NCBI RefSeq assembly: GCF_035084215.1
Contig: NC_090335.1
Coordinates: forward strand, 68,820,001 to 68,884,000
Origin: Heptranchias perlo
Lineage: Eukaryota
Direction: 5' to 3'
Length of the DNA stretch: 64,000 nt
The translations under genes were made by a program, and so were the position numbers. A model generated the notes under the pieces. That model worked only from the letters and a program-made list of their open reading frames with translations. It searched no databases and was not told the origin of the DNA. Of the stretch, positions 1 to 12,095 are shown in pieces. Position 1 is the stretch's first letter; each line of letters opens with the position of its first letter.

Positions 1-575
1 CATATTATAAAAAGGATATAAAGACATTGGAGAGGGCGAAAAAAAGATTCACAAGGATGATTCCAGAACTGAGAGGATATCCTTATCAGGAAAGGCTGAA
101 CAGGCTGGGACTCTTCTCTAGAAAAGAGAAGGCTGAGGGAATTCTTTTATATTAACTACACCCCCCGATTTGGTATCAATCCCAAGGCACCGTGGAGAGG
201 AGGGATAGAGGTCCTCAAGATAATGATAGAGTTTAATAGGGTAGATGTAGAGAAAATGTTTCCATTTATGGGGGAGTCCAAAACTAGAGGTCTTCAATAT
301 AAAATAGTCGCTAATAAATCCAATAGGAAATTCAGGAGAAACCTCTTTACCCAGAGAGTGGTTAGAATGTGGAATGCGCTACCACAAGGAGTAGTTGAGG
401 CAAATAACATAGATGCATTTAAGAGGAAGCTAGATAAGCACATGAGGGAGAAAGGAATAGAAGAGTATTCTGATAGGGTTAGATGAAGTAGAGAGGAAGG
501 AGGCTCGTGTGGAGTATAAACGCAGGAATAGATCAGTTGGGCTTAGTGGCCTGTTTCTGTGCTGTAGTTTCGATG
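1..575 (+). mobile_element. CR1 LINE 3' fragment (ORF2 C-terminus and 3' UTR), decayed
   Basis: ORF 223..486 (RRNLFTQRVVRMWNALP...FKRKLDKHM) is the typical CR1 ORF2 C-terminus; ends in a GGCCTGTTTCTGTGCTGTA-type 3' terminus. Confidence 0.9.
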
Positions 576-767
576 TAACTTGATAATCCAATCAGCAACA
601 CCACTGTATTTAGTAATTTGGGGTTTTAGAATGTGTCACATTTAATGCAATAGAATAAAAGTATGATACACTGGCAATATAAAGCATAGGGTCTGAATTT
701 TCGAATGCTTTTTAAGGGTATTTGGGGGTTGTTCTTTTTTATATATATACGGTAAGGAGGTGCTAAA

Positions 768-1850
768 AACATAAGAACATAAGAAATAGGAGCTGGAGTA
801 GGCCATACGGCCCCTCGAGCCTGCTCCGTCATTCAATAAGATCATGGCTGATCTTCTACCTCAACTCCACTTTCCCGCCCGATCCCCATATCCCTTGATT
901 CCCTTAGTGTCCAAATATTCATCGATCTCAGTCTTGAATATACTCAACGACTGAGCATCCACAGCCCTCTGGGGTAGAAAATTCCAAAGATTCACAACCC
1001 TCTAAGTAAAGAAATTCCTCCTCATCTCAGTCCTATATGGCCGACCCCTTAACTTGAGACTATGATGTCTTGTTCTAGACTCTCCAGCCAGGGAAAACAG
1101 CCTCTCAGCATCTACCCTGTCAAGCCCTCTAAGAATTTTATACATTTTAATGAGATCACCTCTCATTCTTCTAAACACCAGAGAATATAGGCCCATTCTA
1201 CTCAACCTCTCCTCATAGGACTCATTCCAGGAGTCAGCCTAGTGAACCTTCGTTGCACCCCCTCTAAGGCAAGTATATCCTTCCTTAGGTAAGGAGACCA
1301 AAACTGTACACAGTACTCCAGGTGTGGTCTCACCAGAGCCCAATATAATTGCAGCAAGACCTCCTTACTCTTATACTCCAACCCCCTTGCAATAAAGGCT
1401 AACATACCATTTGCCTTCCTAATTGCTTGCTGTACTTGCATGTTACCTTTCTCTGATTCATGTACAAAGACACCCAAATGCCTCTGGCTACCAACATTTC
1501 TTAGTCTCTCACCTTTTAAAAATATTCTGCTTTTCTATTCTTCCTACCAAAGTGGATAATTTCACATTTCCCCACATTATGCTCCATCTGCCACCTTCTT
1601 GCCCACTCACTTAACCTGTCTATGTCCCTTTGCAGCCTCTTTATGTCCTCCTCACAGCTTACTTTCCCACCTAGCTTTTTGTAGTCAACAAACTTGGATA
1701 AATTACACTCAATCCTTCCCTCTAAGTCATTGATATAGATTGTAAACGGCTGAGGCCCAAGCACTGATCCTTGCGGCATCCCACTAGTTACGACTTGCCA
1801 ACCCAAAAATGACCCGTTTATTTCTACTCTCTGTTTTCTGTCTGTTAACT
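768..1850 (-). mobile_element. CR1 LINE 3' portion (RT C-terminal half), frameshifted
   Basis: Minus-strand ORFs with PQGSVLGP, LVRPHLEYCVQFWSP and RRMRGDLI; ACATAAGA microsatellite tail at ~768-785. Confidence 0.93.
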
Positions 1851-1944
1851 AGGTGCTATTAGGTGTAAGAAGTCTGTACGAGGTTTGAATATATTATCAT
1901 TACTGACAAGGTGAAAAATCTGTTTTCAGTGTCTTGCAACAGTA

Positions 1945-4060
1945 ATTGAACAATTGGAGGCCTTCAAGGAGGAGATGGTTCGGGTACAGAGTAGACACAT
2001 TCCCTATGAGGGGGAAAGGAAGGGCATCCAAAGCTAGAGCTCCCTGGATGACCAAAGATATAGGGATTAAAATGAAACAGAAAAAGGAGGCTTATGACAA
2101 ATGTACGGTTCATAATACAGTAGAGAACCAAGCTGAATACAGGAAGTACAGAGGAGATCAAAAGAAGGGAATAAGAGGGGCAAAGAGAGAGGTTGAGAAT
2201 AGATTAGCAGCTAACATAAAAGGGAGCCCAAAAGTCTTTTACAAACATATAAATAGTAAAAGGGTAGTCAAAGGAAGAGTGGGGCCAATTAGGGACAAAA
2301 AAAGGAGATCTTCTTGTGGAGGCAGAGAGTATGGCTGAGGTACTAAATGAATACTTCGCCACCATCTTCACTAGAGAAGAGGAAGCTGCCATTGTTGCAA
2401 TAAAGGAGGAGGTAGTAGCGATATTGGATAGGATAAAAATGGATAAAGAGGAAGTACTTAAAAGATTGGCAGTCCTCAAAGTAGAAAAGTCACCCAGTCC
2501 AGATGGGATGCATCCCAGGTTACTGAGGGAAGTAAGGGTGGAAATTGAGGGGACTCTGGCCACAATCTTCCAATCCTCCTTAGATATGAGGATGGTACTA
2601 GGGGACTGCGGGATTGCAAATTTTACACCCCTGTTCACAAAAGGGGAGAGTGATGAACCCGGCAATTAAAGGCCAGTCAGCCTAACGTCAGTGGGGGGAG
2701 GGGGAACTTTTAGAGACAATAATCTGGGACAAAATTAATTGGCACCTGGAAAAGTATGAGCTAATAAATGAAAGTCAGCCTGGATTTGTTAAAGGAAAAT
2801 CGTGTTTGACAAACTTGATTGAGTTCTTTGATGAAGTAACGGAGAGGATTGATGAGGGTAGTGTGGTTGATGTGTATATGGGCTTTCAAAAGGCATTTGA
2901 TAAAATACCACATAATAGTCTTGTAAGCAAAATTAAAGCCCATGGGATTAAAGGGACAGTGGCAGCATAGATATAAAATTGGCTAGAGGACAGAAAGCAG
3001 AGATTAATGGTGAACGGTTGTTTTTCAGACTGGAGGGAAGTTTACAGTGGTGTTCCCCAAGGGTCAGTATTAGGACCACTGTGCTTTTTGATTTATATTA
3101 ATGACCTGGACTTGGGTATAGAGGGTATAATTTCAAAGTTTGCAGTTGACACGAAACACGGAAATGTAGTCAACAATGAAGAGGATCGGAACAAACTTCA
3201 GAAGGACATAGACAAACTGGTGAAGTGGGCAGACACATGGCAGATTAAATTTAACGCAGAGAAGTGTGAAGTGATACATTTTAGTAGGAAGAATGAGGAG
3301 AGGCAATATAAACTAAATGGTACAACTTTAAAGTGGGTATAGGAACAGAGAGACTTGGGGCTGTATGTACACAAATCTTTGAAAGTGGCAGGACAAGTTG
3401 AAAAGTCTGATAAAAAGCATATGGGATCCTGGGCTTTATTAATAGAGGCATAGAGTATAAAAGCAAGAAAGTTAAACTAAACCTTTAGAAATAATTGCCT
3501 CAGCTGGAGTATTGTGTTCAATTCTGGACACCACATTTTAGGAAAGATGTCAAGGTCTCAGAGATGGTGAAGAAGAGATTTACAAGAATGGTACCAGGGA
3601 TACGGGACTTCAGTCATGTGGAGAAGCTGGGGTTGTTCTCCTTAGAGTAGAGAAGGTTAAGGGGAGATTTAATAGAGATGTTCAAAATCATGAAGTGTTT
3701 TGATAGGGTAAGTAAGGAGAAACTGTTTCCAGTGGCAGAATGGCCAGAGTACACAGATTTAAAGTAATTGGCAATAGATCCAGGGGGGAAATGAGGAGAA
3801 ATATTTTTATGCAGTGAGTTGTTATGATCTGGAATGCGCTGTCTGAAAGGCTGGTGCAAGCAGATCCAATAATAACTTTCAAAAAGGAATTGAATAAATA
3901 CTTGAAAGAAAAAAAAGTACAAGGCTATGTGAAAAGAGCAGGGGAGAGGGACTAATTGGATAGCTCATTCGAAGAGCCGACACAGACACGATGGGCCGAA
4001 TGGCGGCCTCCTGTGCTGTATCATACTATGACGCTACTATGATACTATGATAAGACTATG
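1945..4060 (+). mobile_element. CR1 LINE, 5'-truncated, ORF2/RT remnant with frameshifts
   Basis: ORFs 1946..2338, 2316..2669 (KSPSPDGMHPRLL) and 3007..3342 (GVPQGSVLGP..FAVDTK); TACTATGA-type tail at ~4020-4060. Confidence 0.93.
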
Positions 4061-4732
4061 TTACATTGTTTTAATAGTGAATTGAGCCCTTCAGAAATCC
4101 TTTCTTAAGTCTGCAATCTGTCACTTGCAGTTTGTTATTCTTTTATTTGCATTTTTCAAAAGAGGGTGTGAGTAGCAGATCATTACAAAGGGAGGATTAT
4201 AATAACTAAAAAGAATTTAAAGCGAATAAAGAAGAATGAGGAAAATTTTTTGTCGTAAGGTATTTTTACATTATAATGGTGCAAAGGGCCTAGAAATTCG
4301 GTCTCTTTGTTATTACTAAGAAATGAAAGTTTCTACTGTGTAGGGCTTCTTATGTTAAAGAACTTTCAGTTAAATTGTGCAATATCACATCCTCAGAGCA
4401 TCTCGAAGCATTTTATAACCAATTATTTTTGAAGTATCGCAGTAGAATGTCAACCTAGCTTAGTCACCGAAGTCTTGGAATGGGGCTTAAATCCATAACC
4501 TTTTGATTCAGGATAAAGGGGACTATCAACTCAGCCAAACTGCCGCTACACAACCACTGAAGCAGAGTTGGAAAAGAATTTGCGTCTTATACAAGAAAAT
4601 GGATAAAGCTTGCTTTCAAATAGCTGTTAGCAATTTTACTTGCAGCTTTCTTTTGTCAGCGGTTGAATTCAGTGAATCTCCTGATAGCACAGCACCTTCT
4701 CCTATGTGTGCAAGCAAATAGAGAGTGTCTGT

Positions 4733-4903
4733 GGGCTAGGGAGGAGGACAAATGAGTCAAGGTTCATACTCTCAATTTCTATTCAATGATCCCTACTGGA
4801 AAGTGCCTACGTGTGAGCATCAGATGGGGCAAGACTGGGTCCAGCTGTGATGTCCACCCTCAGATGAAAAGTCTGGCAATGCTCATTGTCTAGGCTCACA
4901 CAT
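4733..4903 (+). repeat. body fragment of an old SINE-like repeat (related to 63485-63630)
   Basis: Similar by eye to 63500-63570 and to my recollection of a shark tRNA-derived SINE body; degenerate. Confidence 0.4.
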
Positions 4904-5109
4904 TGGGGTAAAATTGTTATGCGAATGTTATTACCTGATACTTGTATAATTGCCTCAGCTCTTTGAGAAATGCTTGTGACGCTGCCTAATCGAGTCAGAA
5001 GAGCAGCCTGTTAACCATGAAAAAAAACACTGTGCTAATCTGTATTGTTCAAACCACTGACTAATTCGTGTTCCTCAAAGTGTTACTGTCTTCTTCTCTT
5101 GTGTAAACT

Positions 5110-5350
5110 CAGTTACTTCTGGTTTACCCCAGGACGAGTACCACTCGGACCCCTCCTCTTCACCATTTATTTGCTGCCATTTGGCAATCATCATTCAGAA
5201 GTATGAGGTCAGCTTTCACATGTATGCCAGTGTCACTCAGCTCCATTCTGCCACCTCCGTTGACCCCACTCTCTCCAACTGCCCGTCCAACATTAAGACC
5301 TGGCTGAGCCTTAACTTCCTACGGCTAAATTTCGGAAAACCGAAGCCGTA
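5110..5350 (+). mobile_element. L2-clade LINE RT fragment
   Basis: Encodes GPLLFTIY and FHMYASVTQL (degenerate FHxYADDTQL), then WLSLNFLRLNFGK. Confidence 0.75.
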
Positions 5351-5514
5351 TCCCGGGTTTAGAGGGTTAGATTGCGAGGAAATGGGGTTAGAGCAGATAG
5401 CTCCAGTTAAAGAGCTAGCACCAGCACAGATATGAAGGGCTGAATGGCCTTTTGTGTAGAAGATTTAAAGATTATTATGCAGCAGCTTATCAAATGCCTT
5501 CTGAAAATCCATAT

Positions 5515-5730
5515 AAGCAAGAGTTGCTATGATCTGGAATGCACTGCCTGAAAGGGCGGTGGAAGCAGATTCAATAATAACTTTCAAAAGGGAAAAAATA
5601 CAGGGCTATAGGGAAAGAGAGGGGAGTGTGACTAATTGGATAGCTCATTCAGAGAGCTGGCACAGGAACAATGGACCGAATGGCCTTCTTCTGTGCTGTA
5701 TCATTCTATCATTATATGATTCTATAATAT
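5515..5730 (+). mobile_element. CR1 3' end fragment
   Basis: WNALPERAVEADSIITFKRE followed by GAATGGCCTTCTTCTGTGCTGTA and an ATTCTAT tail. Confidence 0.85.
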
Positions 5731-5904
5731 TCCAGCATTTCTTAGTCTCCGATAGGGCATTAAAAGGGATGAAATGCAGCCAAGTTTCTTATTCAGCTTG
5801 AGGCCCTCTGTTCTAAAGCAAAGTATACTGTGACATTCATTATTATGATGTACAGCGAATGTGCATTTACAAAGACGGGTTTAACTTAAAGAATAATTAA
5901 TTCA

Positions 5905-6115
5905 ATTATTGGAATTCTCTCCCCCCAAAAGACTGTGGATGTTAGGACAATTGGAGCTTTCAAGACTGGGATCGATAGATTTTTGTTTGGTTAAGGTACC
6001 AAGGGAAATGAAGCAAAGGCGGGAAAATGGGGTTGATGTGCATATCAGCCATGATCTAATTGAATGGCGGAACAGGCTCGAGGGACTGAACAGCCTACTC
6101 CTGTCCCTATGAATA
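5905..6115 (+). mobile_element. CR1 3' end fragment
   Basis: CAGCCATGATCTAATTGAATGGCGGAACAGGCTCGAGGG terminus matches the reverse complement of the 768 copy. Confidence 0.8.
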
Positions 6116-6850
6116 TATAACAGGGCAGTATGGGCCAGAAAGCTGCTTACATCTGAAATCTCCTTGACAAGACAAATACACCTGAGGTTTCTGTGGGGTC
6201 TCTCCTGATCTTCCACCATAACTTTGGAATAGGATCAGTAGAAACCGATTTATATTGTTTCCTCAGGGTTCCCACCAATCTTCTGCCAAAGTTAATGTGG
6301 GATATCGGGAGGAGTTTATGGAAATTCCCCTCCATGATTTGGCGTGCAAGGGGCAAAACTGGGATTTTGGATCGCTGCCCAGTCACTACACCCTTACACT
6401 CTGGAATTCTCTTTCTCAATACCATTGTTTTGTAATCCCTAGCCCCACCTTTAGCAGCCTCCTCTAATCCTACTGTTTATACTTTGCTTTTGATCACCTC
6501 CCCTAATTTTTTCCTTCTTCCTGCTTGGGTTACTCAGCCTCCCGTCAGAATGTCATAGGATGTTCTTATTACATTAAAGATGCTATAAAAGTACATATTG
6601 TTGTTCTTTCATTAGCATTTAATCAACCAATGAGATAGTTTATTTTGTCTATCTACTACTAATGAATTGCAAAGAATCAGTGATCCAGTTAAAATGCTTC
6701 TGGTTCAGAAACAAATCTTTCAGTTTTCTGAAACAGATCACGTCTCCCAATCACTGTAACCTTTATGTGGAGATGCCGGTGATGGACTGGGGTTGACAAT
6801 TGTAAACAATTTTACAACACCACGTTATAGTCCAACGATTTTTATTTGAA

Positions 6851-6893
6851 ATCTACAAGCTTTCGGAGGTTTCCTCCTTCCTCAGGTAAATGT
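6851..6893 (-). ncRNA. minimal type-I hammerhead ribozyme in Penelope pLTR (left arm)
   Basis: Reverse complement reads AUUUAC CUGAGGA A GGAGG AAA CCUCC GAAA GCUU GUAGAU. Confidence 0.75.
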
Positions 6894-7151
6894 TCAGGAG
6901 CTCCTTGAAGCCTCCGCATTTATACATCAGAGAACAATACATGGTGTTTACAGACTGCCCCTGCAACTGCCCGTTGCCAAGGCAATCACCGTGTTCAGAC
7001 AGAGAGGTGTCACCTACAGAACCCCCGAATACACATTCAACAAAAAAACAAACAGGAAAAAAAAACAGAGAGAGCGAGAGGCAGAAACATCCGGAAGGCA
7101 GAGAAAGCCAGCAAATGACCCATTATATTAAAAACAGATAGCTTTTGTTCG

Positions 7152-7729
7152 CTAGTGGGGTAACGTGTAGCATGACATGAACCCAAGATCCCGGTTGAGG
7201 CCGTCCTCATGGGTGCGGAACTTGGCTATCAATTTCTGCTCGACGATTTTGCGTTGTCGTGTGTCTCGAAGGCCGCCTTGGAGAACGCTTACCCAAAGAT
7301 CGGTGGCTGAATGTCCCTGACTGCTGAAGTGTTCCCCGACTGGGAGGGAACCCTCCTGTCTGGCGATTGTTGCGCGGTGTCCGTTCATCCGTTGTCGCAG
7401 TGTCTGCATGGTCTCGCCAATGTACCATGCTCCGGGGCATCCTTTCCTGCAGCGTATGAGGTAGACAACGTTGGCCGAGTCACAGGAGTATGAACCATGC
7501 ACCTGGTGGGTGGTGTCCTCTCGTGTGATGGTGGTATCTGTGTCGATGATCTGGCATGTCTTGCAGAGGTTACCGTGGCAGGGTTGTGTGGTGTCGTGGA
7601 CGCTGTTCTCCTGAAAGCTGGGTAATTTGCTGCGAACGATAGTCTGTTTGAGGTTGGGTGGCTGTTTGAAGGCGAGTAGTGGAGGTGTGGGGATGGCCAT
7701 AGCGAGGTGTTCGTCGTCATTGATGACAT
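7152..7729 (-). pseudogene. Penelope GIY-YIG endonuclease domain with Cys-rich linker (RT missing)
   Basis: PPNLKQTIVRSKL...CHGNLCKTC...NVVYLIRC...YIGET...RMNGH...EHF...EQKLI...GLN motifs. Confidence 0.9.
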
Positions 7730-8122
7730 GTTCTCCAAGGCGGCCTTCGAGACACACGACAACGCAAAATAGTCGAGCAGAAATTGATAGCCAAGTTCTG
7801 CACCCATGAGGACGGCCTCAACCGGGATCTTGGGTTCATGTCACGCTACACGTTACCCCACTAGCGAACAAAAGCTATCTGTTTTTAATATAATGGGTCA
7901 TTTGCTGGCTTTCTCTGCCTTCCGGATGTTTCTGCCTCTCTCTCTCTCTGTTTTCTTTTCCTGTTTGTTTTTTTGTTGAATGTGTATTCGGGGGTTCTGT
8001 AGGTGACACCTCTCTGTCTGAACACGGTGATTGCCTTGGCAACGGGCAGTTGCAGGGGCAGTCTGTAAACACCATGTATTGTTCTGTGATGTATAAATGC
8101 GTAGGCTTCAAGGAGCTCCTGA

Positions 8123-8168
8123 ACATTTACCTGAGGAAGGAGGAAGCCTCCGAAAGCTTGTAGATTTC
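8123..8168 (+). ncRNA. minimal type-I hammerhead ribozyme in Penelope pLTR (right arm)
   Basis: CUGAGGA core at 8131-8137; stem II GGAGG/CCUCC; GAAA at 8152-8155; palindromic AGCU stem III; stem I AUUUAC/GUAGAU; AATAAA follows. Confidence 0.78.
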
Positions 8169-8769
8169 AAATAAAAACTTGGACTATAACTTGGTGTTGT
8201 AAAATTGTAACCTTTATGACAGTCAATAGAAAGGAATGTAGCTCTGAGCATTGCAGCCTCACTTCATAGTGACTCCTGGGGCTGATGTTCCAACGGGATG
8301 GTTTGTCTGTTGGAGGACGATCGGAATGTGACTTCTGGCCTGCATTCCAACCCCGCCATGATCCTGGGATGGCGCTTGTTAGATAAGTGGGAGCCTGTCA
8401 CTGCTGGCCACGGAAATTCAGGGAGGAGCAGGAAGTCTTAAGGGATGCCTAAATTTAAAAAAATAACAAAAACAGGAGGCTCTTTTCGAACTGTCGGCAC
8501 TATATCAATACAAATTCATTCTTACTGGGAGAAGCCACAGGATGGCTGGTGTGGGAACTGAAAATACATTGTTAGGACAGTGGGGTAAGAGCTTCGTGCA
8601 TGTAACCTGTTCTAAACTTCTTTGATGCTGAGACTGAGGCCAAAAGAAGAAAAGTGGTATCTCATGAGGTAGCACTTGGCAGAAAGGGGTGAAATGATGG
8701 GATTGGTCTGGCAACCATTTCATGTTCACCAATTATTCCTCCTTTACAATTCATCTTCCTTTGAAATGC

Positions 8770-8833
8770 AATGGCGGAGCAGGCTCGAGGGGCCGATTGG
8801 CCTACTCCTGCTCCAATTTCTTATGTTCTTATG
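8770..8833 (+). mobile_element. CR1 extreme 3' end
   Basis: ATGGCGGAGCAGGCTCGAGGGGCCG...TTCTTATGTTCTTATG, the reverse complement of the 768-835 terminus. Confidence 0.85.
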
Positions 8834-8889
8834 AAAGCCGCTTACTCGCACGCACCCTTTAGGCAGCAGTCCAAACTTGTATGTCAGCT

Positions 8890-9268
8890 TACCTTAGCTG
8901 GTATTACACTTGCTTCTGAGCCAGAAGGTTTTATTTTCAAGCCCTGCTCCAGAACTTGAACATATGAAGACAATGTAAGTATTATTCTCTCCACCCTATG
9001 GGTGTGAAACATCAATGTTTCAATTTGATATTTCTTCCCTCGTCCTCTGGGAACAATGGGGTCAATTTTAACTGAGACCCGGGAAGGGAGTGGTGGGGTG
9101 GGGGGATGTTGCATTGCTGTATGCGGGACCTTGTTGTGCAAAAATTGGTATCATATTTGACTACGTTGCAATAGTGACTACACTTCAAAAAGTACTTAAT
9201 TGGTTGTAAAGCACCTTGGGAAGTCTTGAGTACATGAAAGGTGATATATAAATGCAATTCTTCCTTTC
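8890..9268 (+). mobile_element. DeuSINE (SacSINE1/AmnSINE1-like) SINE, internally rearranged
   Basis: tRNA-like head CTGAGCCAGAAGGTT..TTCAAG..CTCCAGA; tail AGTGACTACACTTCAAAAAGTACTTAATTGG..TATATAAATGCAA; family assignment from recall. Confidence 0.7.
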
Positions 9269-9504
9269 CTCATCTAGATGTGATTGAGCACTTGGGGTTG
9301 CTGGGAGCTCACTAACTGGGAGGCAGTTCACATGCCAAAGCATGACCTGGTTGTATTTAGGATCTTACATTGGCCATTTAATCATCTGAAAATATCTGCT
9401 ATGGGGGTGGCTATAAACCAAAGAAAGCCTAATTCTGTTTTTAAAAGTCTCTCCCACCTCCAAAATGGATGGTGAAACCCAGCAAGAAAAAAACCCTATC
9501 TCAT

Positions 9505-10126
9505 TCTGACCAAGCTCATCTGCTGCTGAAACCCTCATCCATGCTTTTGTTACCTCCAAACTCAACTATTCCAAAGCTCTCCTGGTCGGCCTCTCATCTT
9601 CTACCCTCCATAAACTTGAGCTCATCCAAAACTCTGCTGCCCGTATCATAACTCGCACCAAGTCCCGTTCACCCATCACCCCACTGCTCACTGACCTACA
9701 CTGGCTCCCCGTCCATCATCAACTCTATTTTAAAATTCTCATCCATGTGTTCAAATCATTCCATGGCCTCGCTCCTCCCTATCTTTGTAACCTCCTCCAG
9801 TCCTACAACTGCCCGAGTACTCTGCGTTCCTCCAATCTTGGCCTCTTACGCATCCTCCGCTCGCTTCACTCCATCATTGGCGGCCATGCTTTCAACCGCG
9901 AGCCTTAAGCTCTGGAATTCCCTCCCTAAACCTCTCTACCTGTCCACTTCTCTCTCCTCCTTTCAGACACTCCTTAAAACTTATCTCTTTGTCCAAGCTT
10001 TTAGTCATCCCTCCTAATATCTCCTTCTTTGATTCAGTGGCAATTCTTGTCTCATTCCGCTCCTGTGAAGCACCTTGGGGTGTTTTCCGAAATTAGAGGC
10101 GCTATATGAATGGGAAGTTGTTGTTA
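9505..10126 (+). mobile_element. L2 LINE 3' end
   Basis: Encodes AAETLIHAFVTS-like sequence, HITPLLTDLHWLP and LWNSLP..FQTLLKTYLF; ends GTGAAGCACCTTGGG..GCGCTATATGAA..GTTGTTGTT. Confidence 0.85.
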
Positions 10127-10514
10127 TTTTCAGTGAGATAAAGGACAAAATGAACAATTGCAAAAGCTGACCTCAAAGAAAAACCCACAGAAAAAAATGT
10201 TGGCAATGCACAGTAGGTCCATCAACATCTGAAGAAAGTAAGAGCAGATGAATATTTTGGTTTATGCTAAACAGGTGAAGATAGAGCTGATTGTATCTTT
10301 AGAACAAATGGTCAACTTTCTGGGCAGATTCAGACGATTCCAAGGAGTAAAAGTAAATAACAATGTCGTTTGTTGTCAGTTTGATTTGGACGGCTCACTT
10401 AAATGAGTTATTCCATGGCAGCACTTGAGCTCTCCTGTCGAACAGTGAGCTCCACCAAACAGTAAGAATGGAGACTGTTGCAGCTCAGTCCTATTCCAAA
10501 CTGCAGCGAAGGAA

Positions 10515-10908
10515 AGAAAAAAGTGCTTGCATTTATGCAGTGCTTTTCATATCCTTAGGGTGTCTCAAAGCACGTCACAATGAATTTATTTTTAAACATA
10601 ATCACTGGTGTAATGTAGGGAAGTGCGACAGTCAATTTATGCACCATTGAGATAAATAACCATAGAATCTGTTTCAGTGGTATTGGTTGAGGGGTAAAAG
10701 ATGGGCAGAACCTGCTCTTTGAAGTGCTACGGAATCTTTTATGCCCACCTGAGAGGGCAGGCAGGGACTCGGTTTCACACCTCCAACAAACAGCGCATCA
10801 CTCCCTCAGTACTGCACTGGCATGCTACCCTAGATTATGCGGTCAAGTCTCTGGAGTGGAGCTTGAACTCAAGAGACAAAAGCCTTACCACTGAGCCAAG
10901 GCTGATAC
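10515..10908 (-). mobile_element. DeuSINE (SacSINE1-like) SINE
   Basis: Reverse-complement similarity to the 8890 and 47095 copies (GCATTTAT tail; CTCCCTCAGTACTGCACTGG..CAAGTCTCTGGAGTGG..ACCACTGAGCCAAGG head). Confidence 0.7.
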
Positions 10909-11421
10909 GTAGGGGTCGATTTTCGGATGTCCAAGTGGGTGTGTTCGTGGCGGGTGGGGGGGCTGATAAAATTCGGGATTCCCGGGGCGGGTCCGGAGCC
11001 CGGCTCCAACCCGCCCATTTCCGGGTTCCCCAATGATGCGCGCGCAGCCCCCGCATGCGGGACTCCCACCGGCAATTAAAGCCAGCGGGATCCCACTTAA
11101 ATCAATTAATTTGATAGTTCAGGTCGTTTGCAGACCTGATTGGGAGGATATTTTAGGAGGGGTGGGATTTTTATCTCAACTGAGCGTGTTTCTCGTACTG
11201 GGGGAAACACTCCCAGTTGAAACAGACATGTCGCAGCCACCAGCCTGTGGGAGCTACAAAGGTCCATTTGACCCTCACTCATTGCAGGAGGCCACTCTGT
11301 CACTTTGGACAAAGTTTGGCCTCCACAACCCTCCTCCTAACACAAAAATTCACCAACTTGGAACCTCAACTCCAGTGTGCAGACACATTTACCTACCACG
11401 CGGTAACCTCAAACGTACATC

Positions 11422-11904
11422 TTGCGGATGAGGGCCGTCATAGCTGCAGTCATGACCTCATCGGAGGACGAACAGCATCACCAGCCTCGCCGGCCACACC
11501 GTCCACCTCTGACACGTGGAGCCCCACAACAGAGTGCTGTGACACATCCACCTGCACAGCAGGAGGGAGGGCAACCGCAGAGAGAGATGCATCGCAGAAG
11601 GCACTACCCTCGTCACAGGGTCTACAGACCAAGGCTCAGCTTCCTGGACCTCTCTGAGGAGCAGTGCACACGGAGGCTCAGAGTCACTCGACATGTAGTC
11701 GTGGACATCTGCAGCCTCCTTCATGCCAAGCTGCTCCCGGCTGGCCCGAGCACCATCTTCTTAACTGTTGCTGTCAAAGTCACCACTGCCCTCAACAACT
11801 TCCCCTCCGGATCCTTCCAGGGTGCCACCGGGGACATCGCCAACGTCTCTCAGTCATCTGCACAAAAGAGCCCTGCAAATACACCTACACCCACTCTGCA
11901 GTGA
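11422..11904 (+). pseudogene. Harbinger/HARBI1-like transposase N-terminal HTH region; DDE domain absent
   Basis: RVYRPRLSFLDLSEEQC..RLR..VAVKVTTALNNFPSGSFQGATGDIANVSQS matches the HARBI1-family N-terminus; similarity stops at ~11865. Confidence 0.8.
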
Positions 11905-12095
11905 CACAATGGGTGGCATCAGGTGTGGGTCTTCATGGTGATCCTTAGGAAAGGGAATTATTGCACAAACCAGACAAGATTTGCAAAGACGTGGCAGTAG
12001 TGGTGATAACAAACTTTAATGTGCTTGGCAAAACAAACAAAACTAAATCAAAAACATGACATTCTGTCATACACCCTTGTGCATCCCCTTTGTGC

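Larger units (their letters stand above)
6768..8205 (-). mobile_element. Penelope-like retroelement (Neptune-type), 5'-truncated, with an inverted partial copy and 13-bp TSD
   Basis: GIY-YIG ORF on the minus strand; arms 6806-7286 and 7730-8208 are near-perfect reverse complements; TGTAACCTTTATG is duplicated at 6755-6767 and 8206-8218. Confidence 0.92.

Noticed and set aside
5018-5065. ATGAAAAAAAACACTGTGCTAATCTGTATTGTT as the signal-peptide exon
   Set aside because: Reaches a TAA stop with no suitable phase-1 donor
6890-8126. Twin 83-aa ORFs 6890..7141 (+) and 7875..8126 (-)
   Set aside because: Antisense readings of the duplicated Penelope pLTR; their identity is due to the inverted repeat
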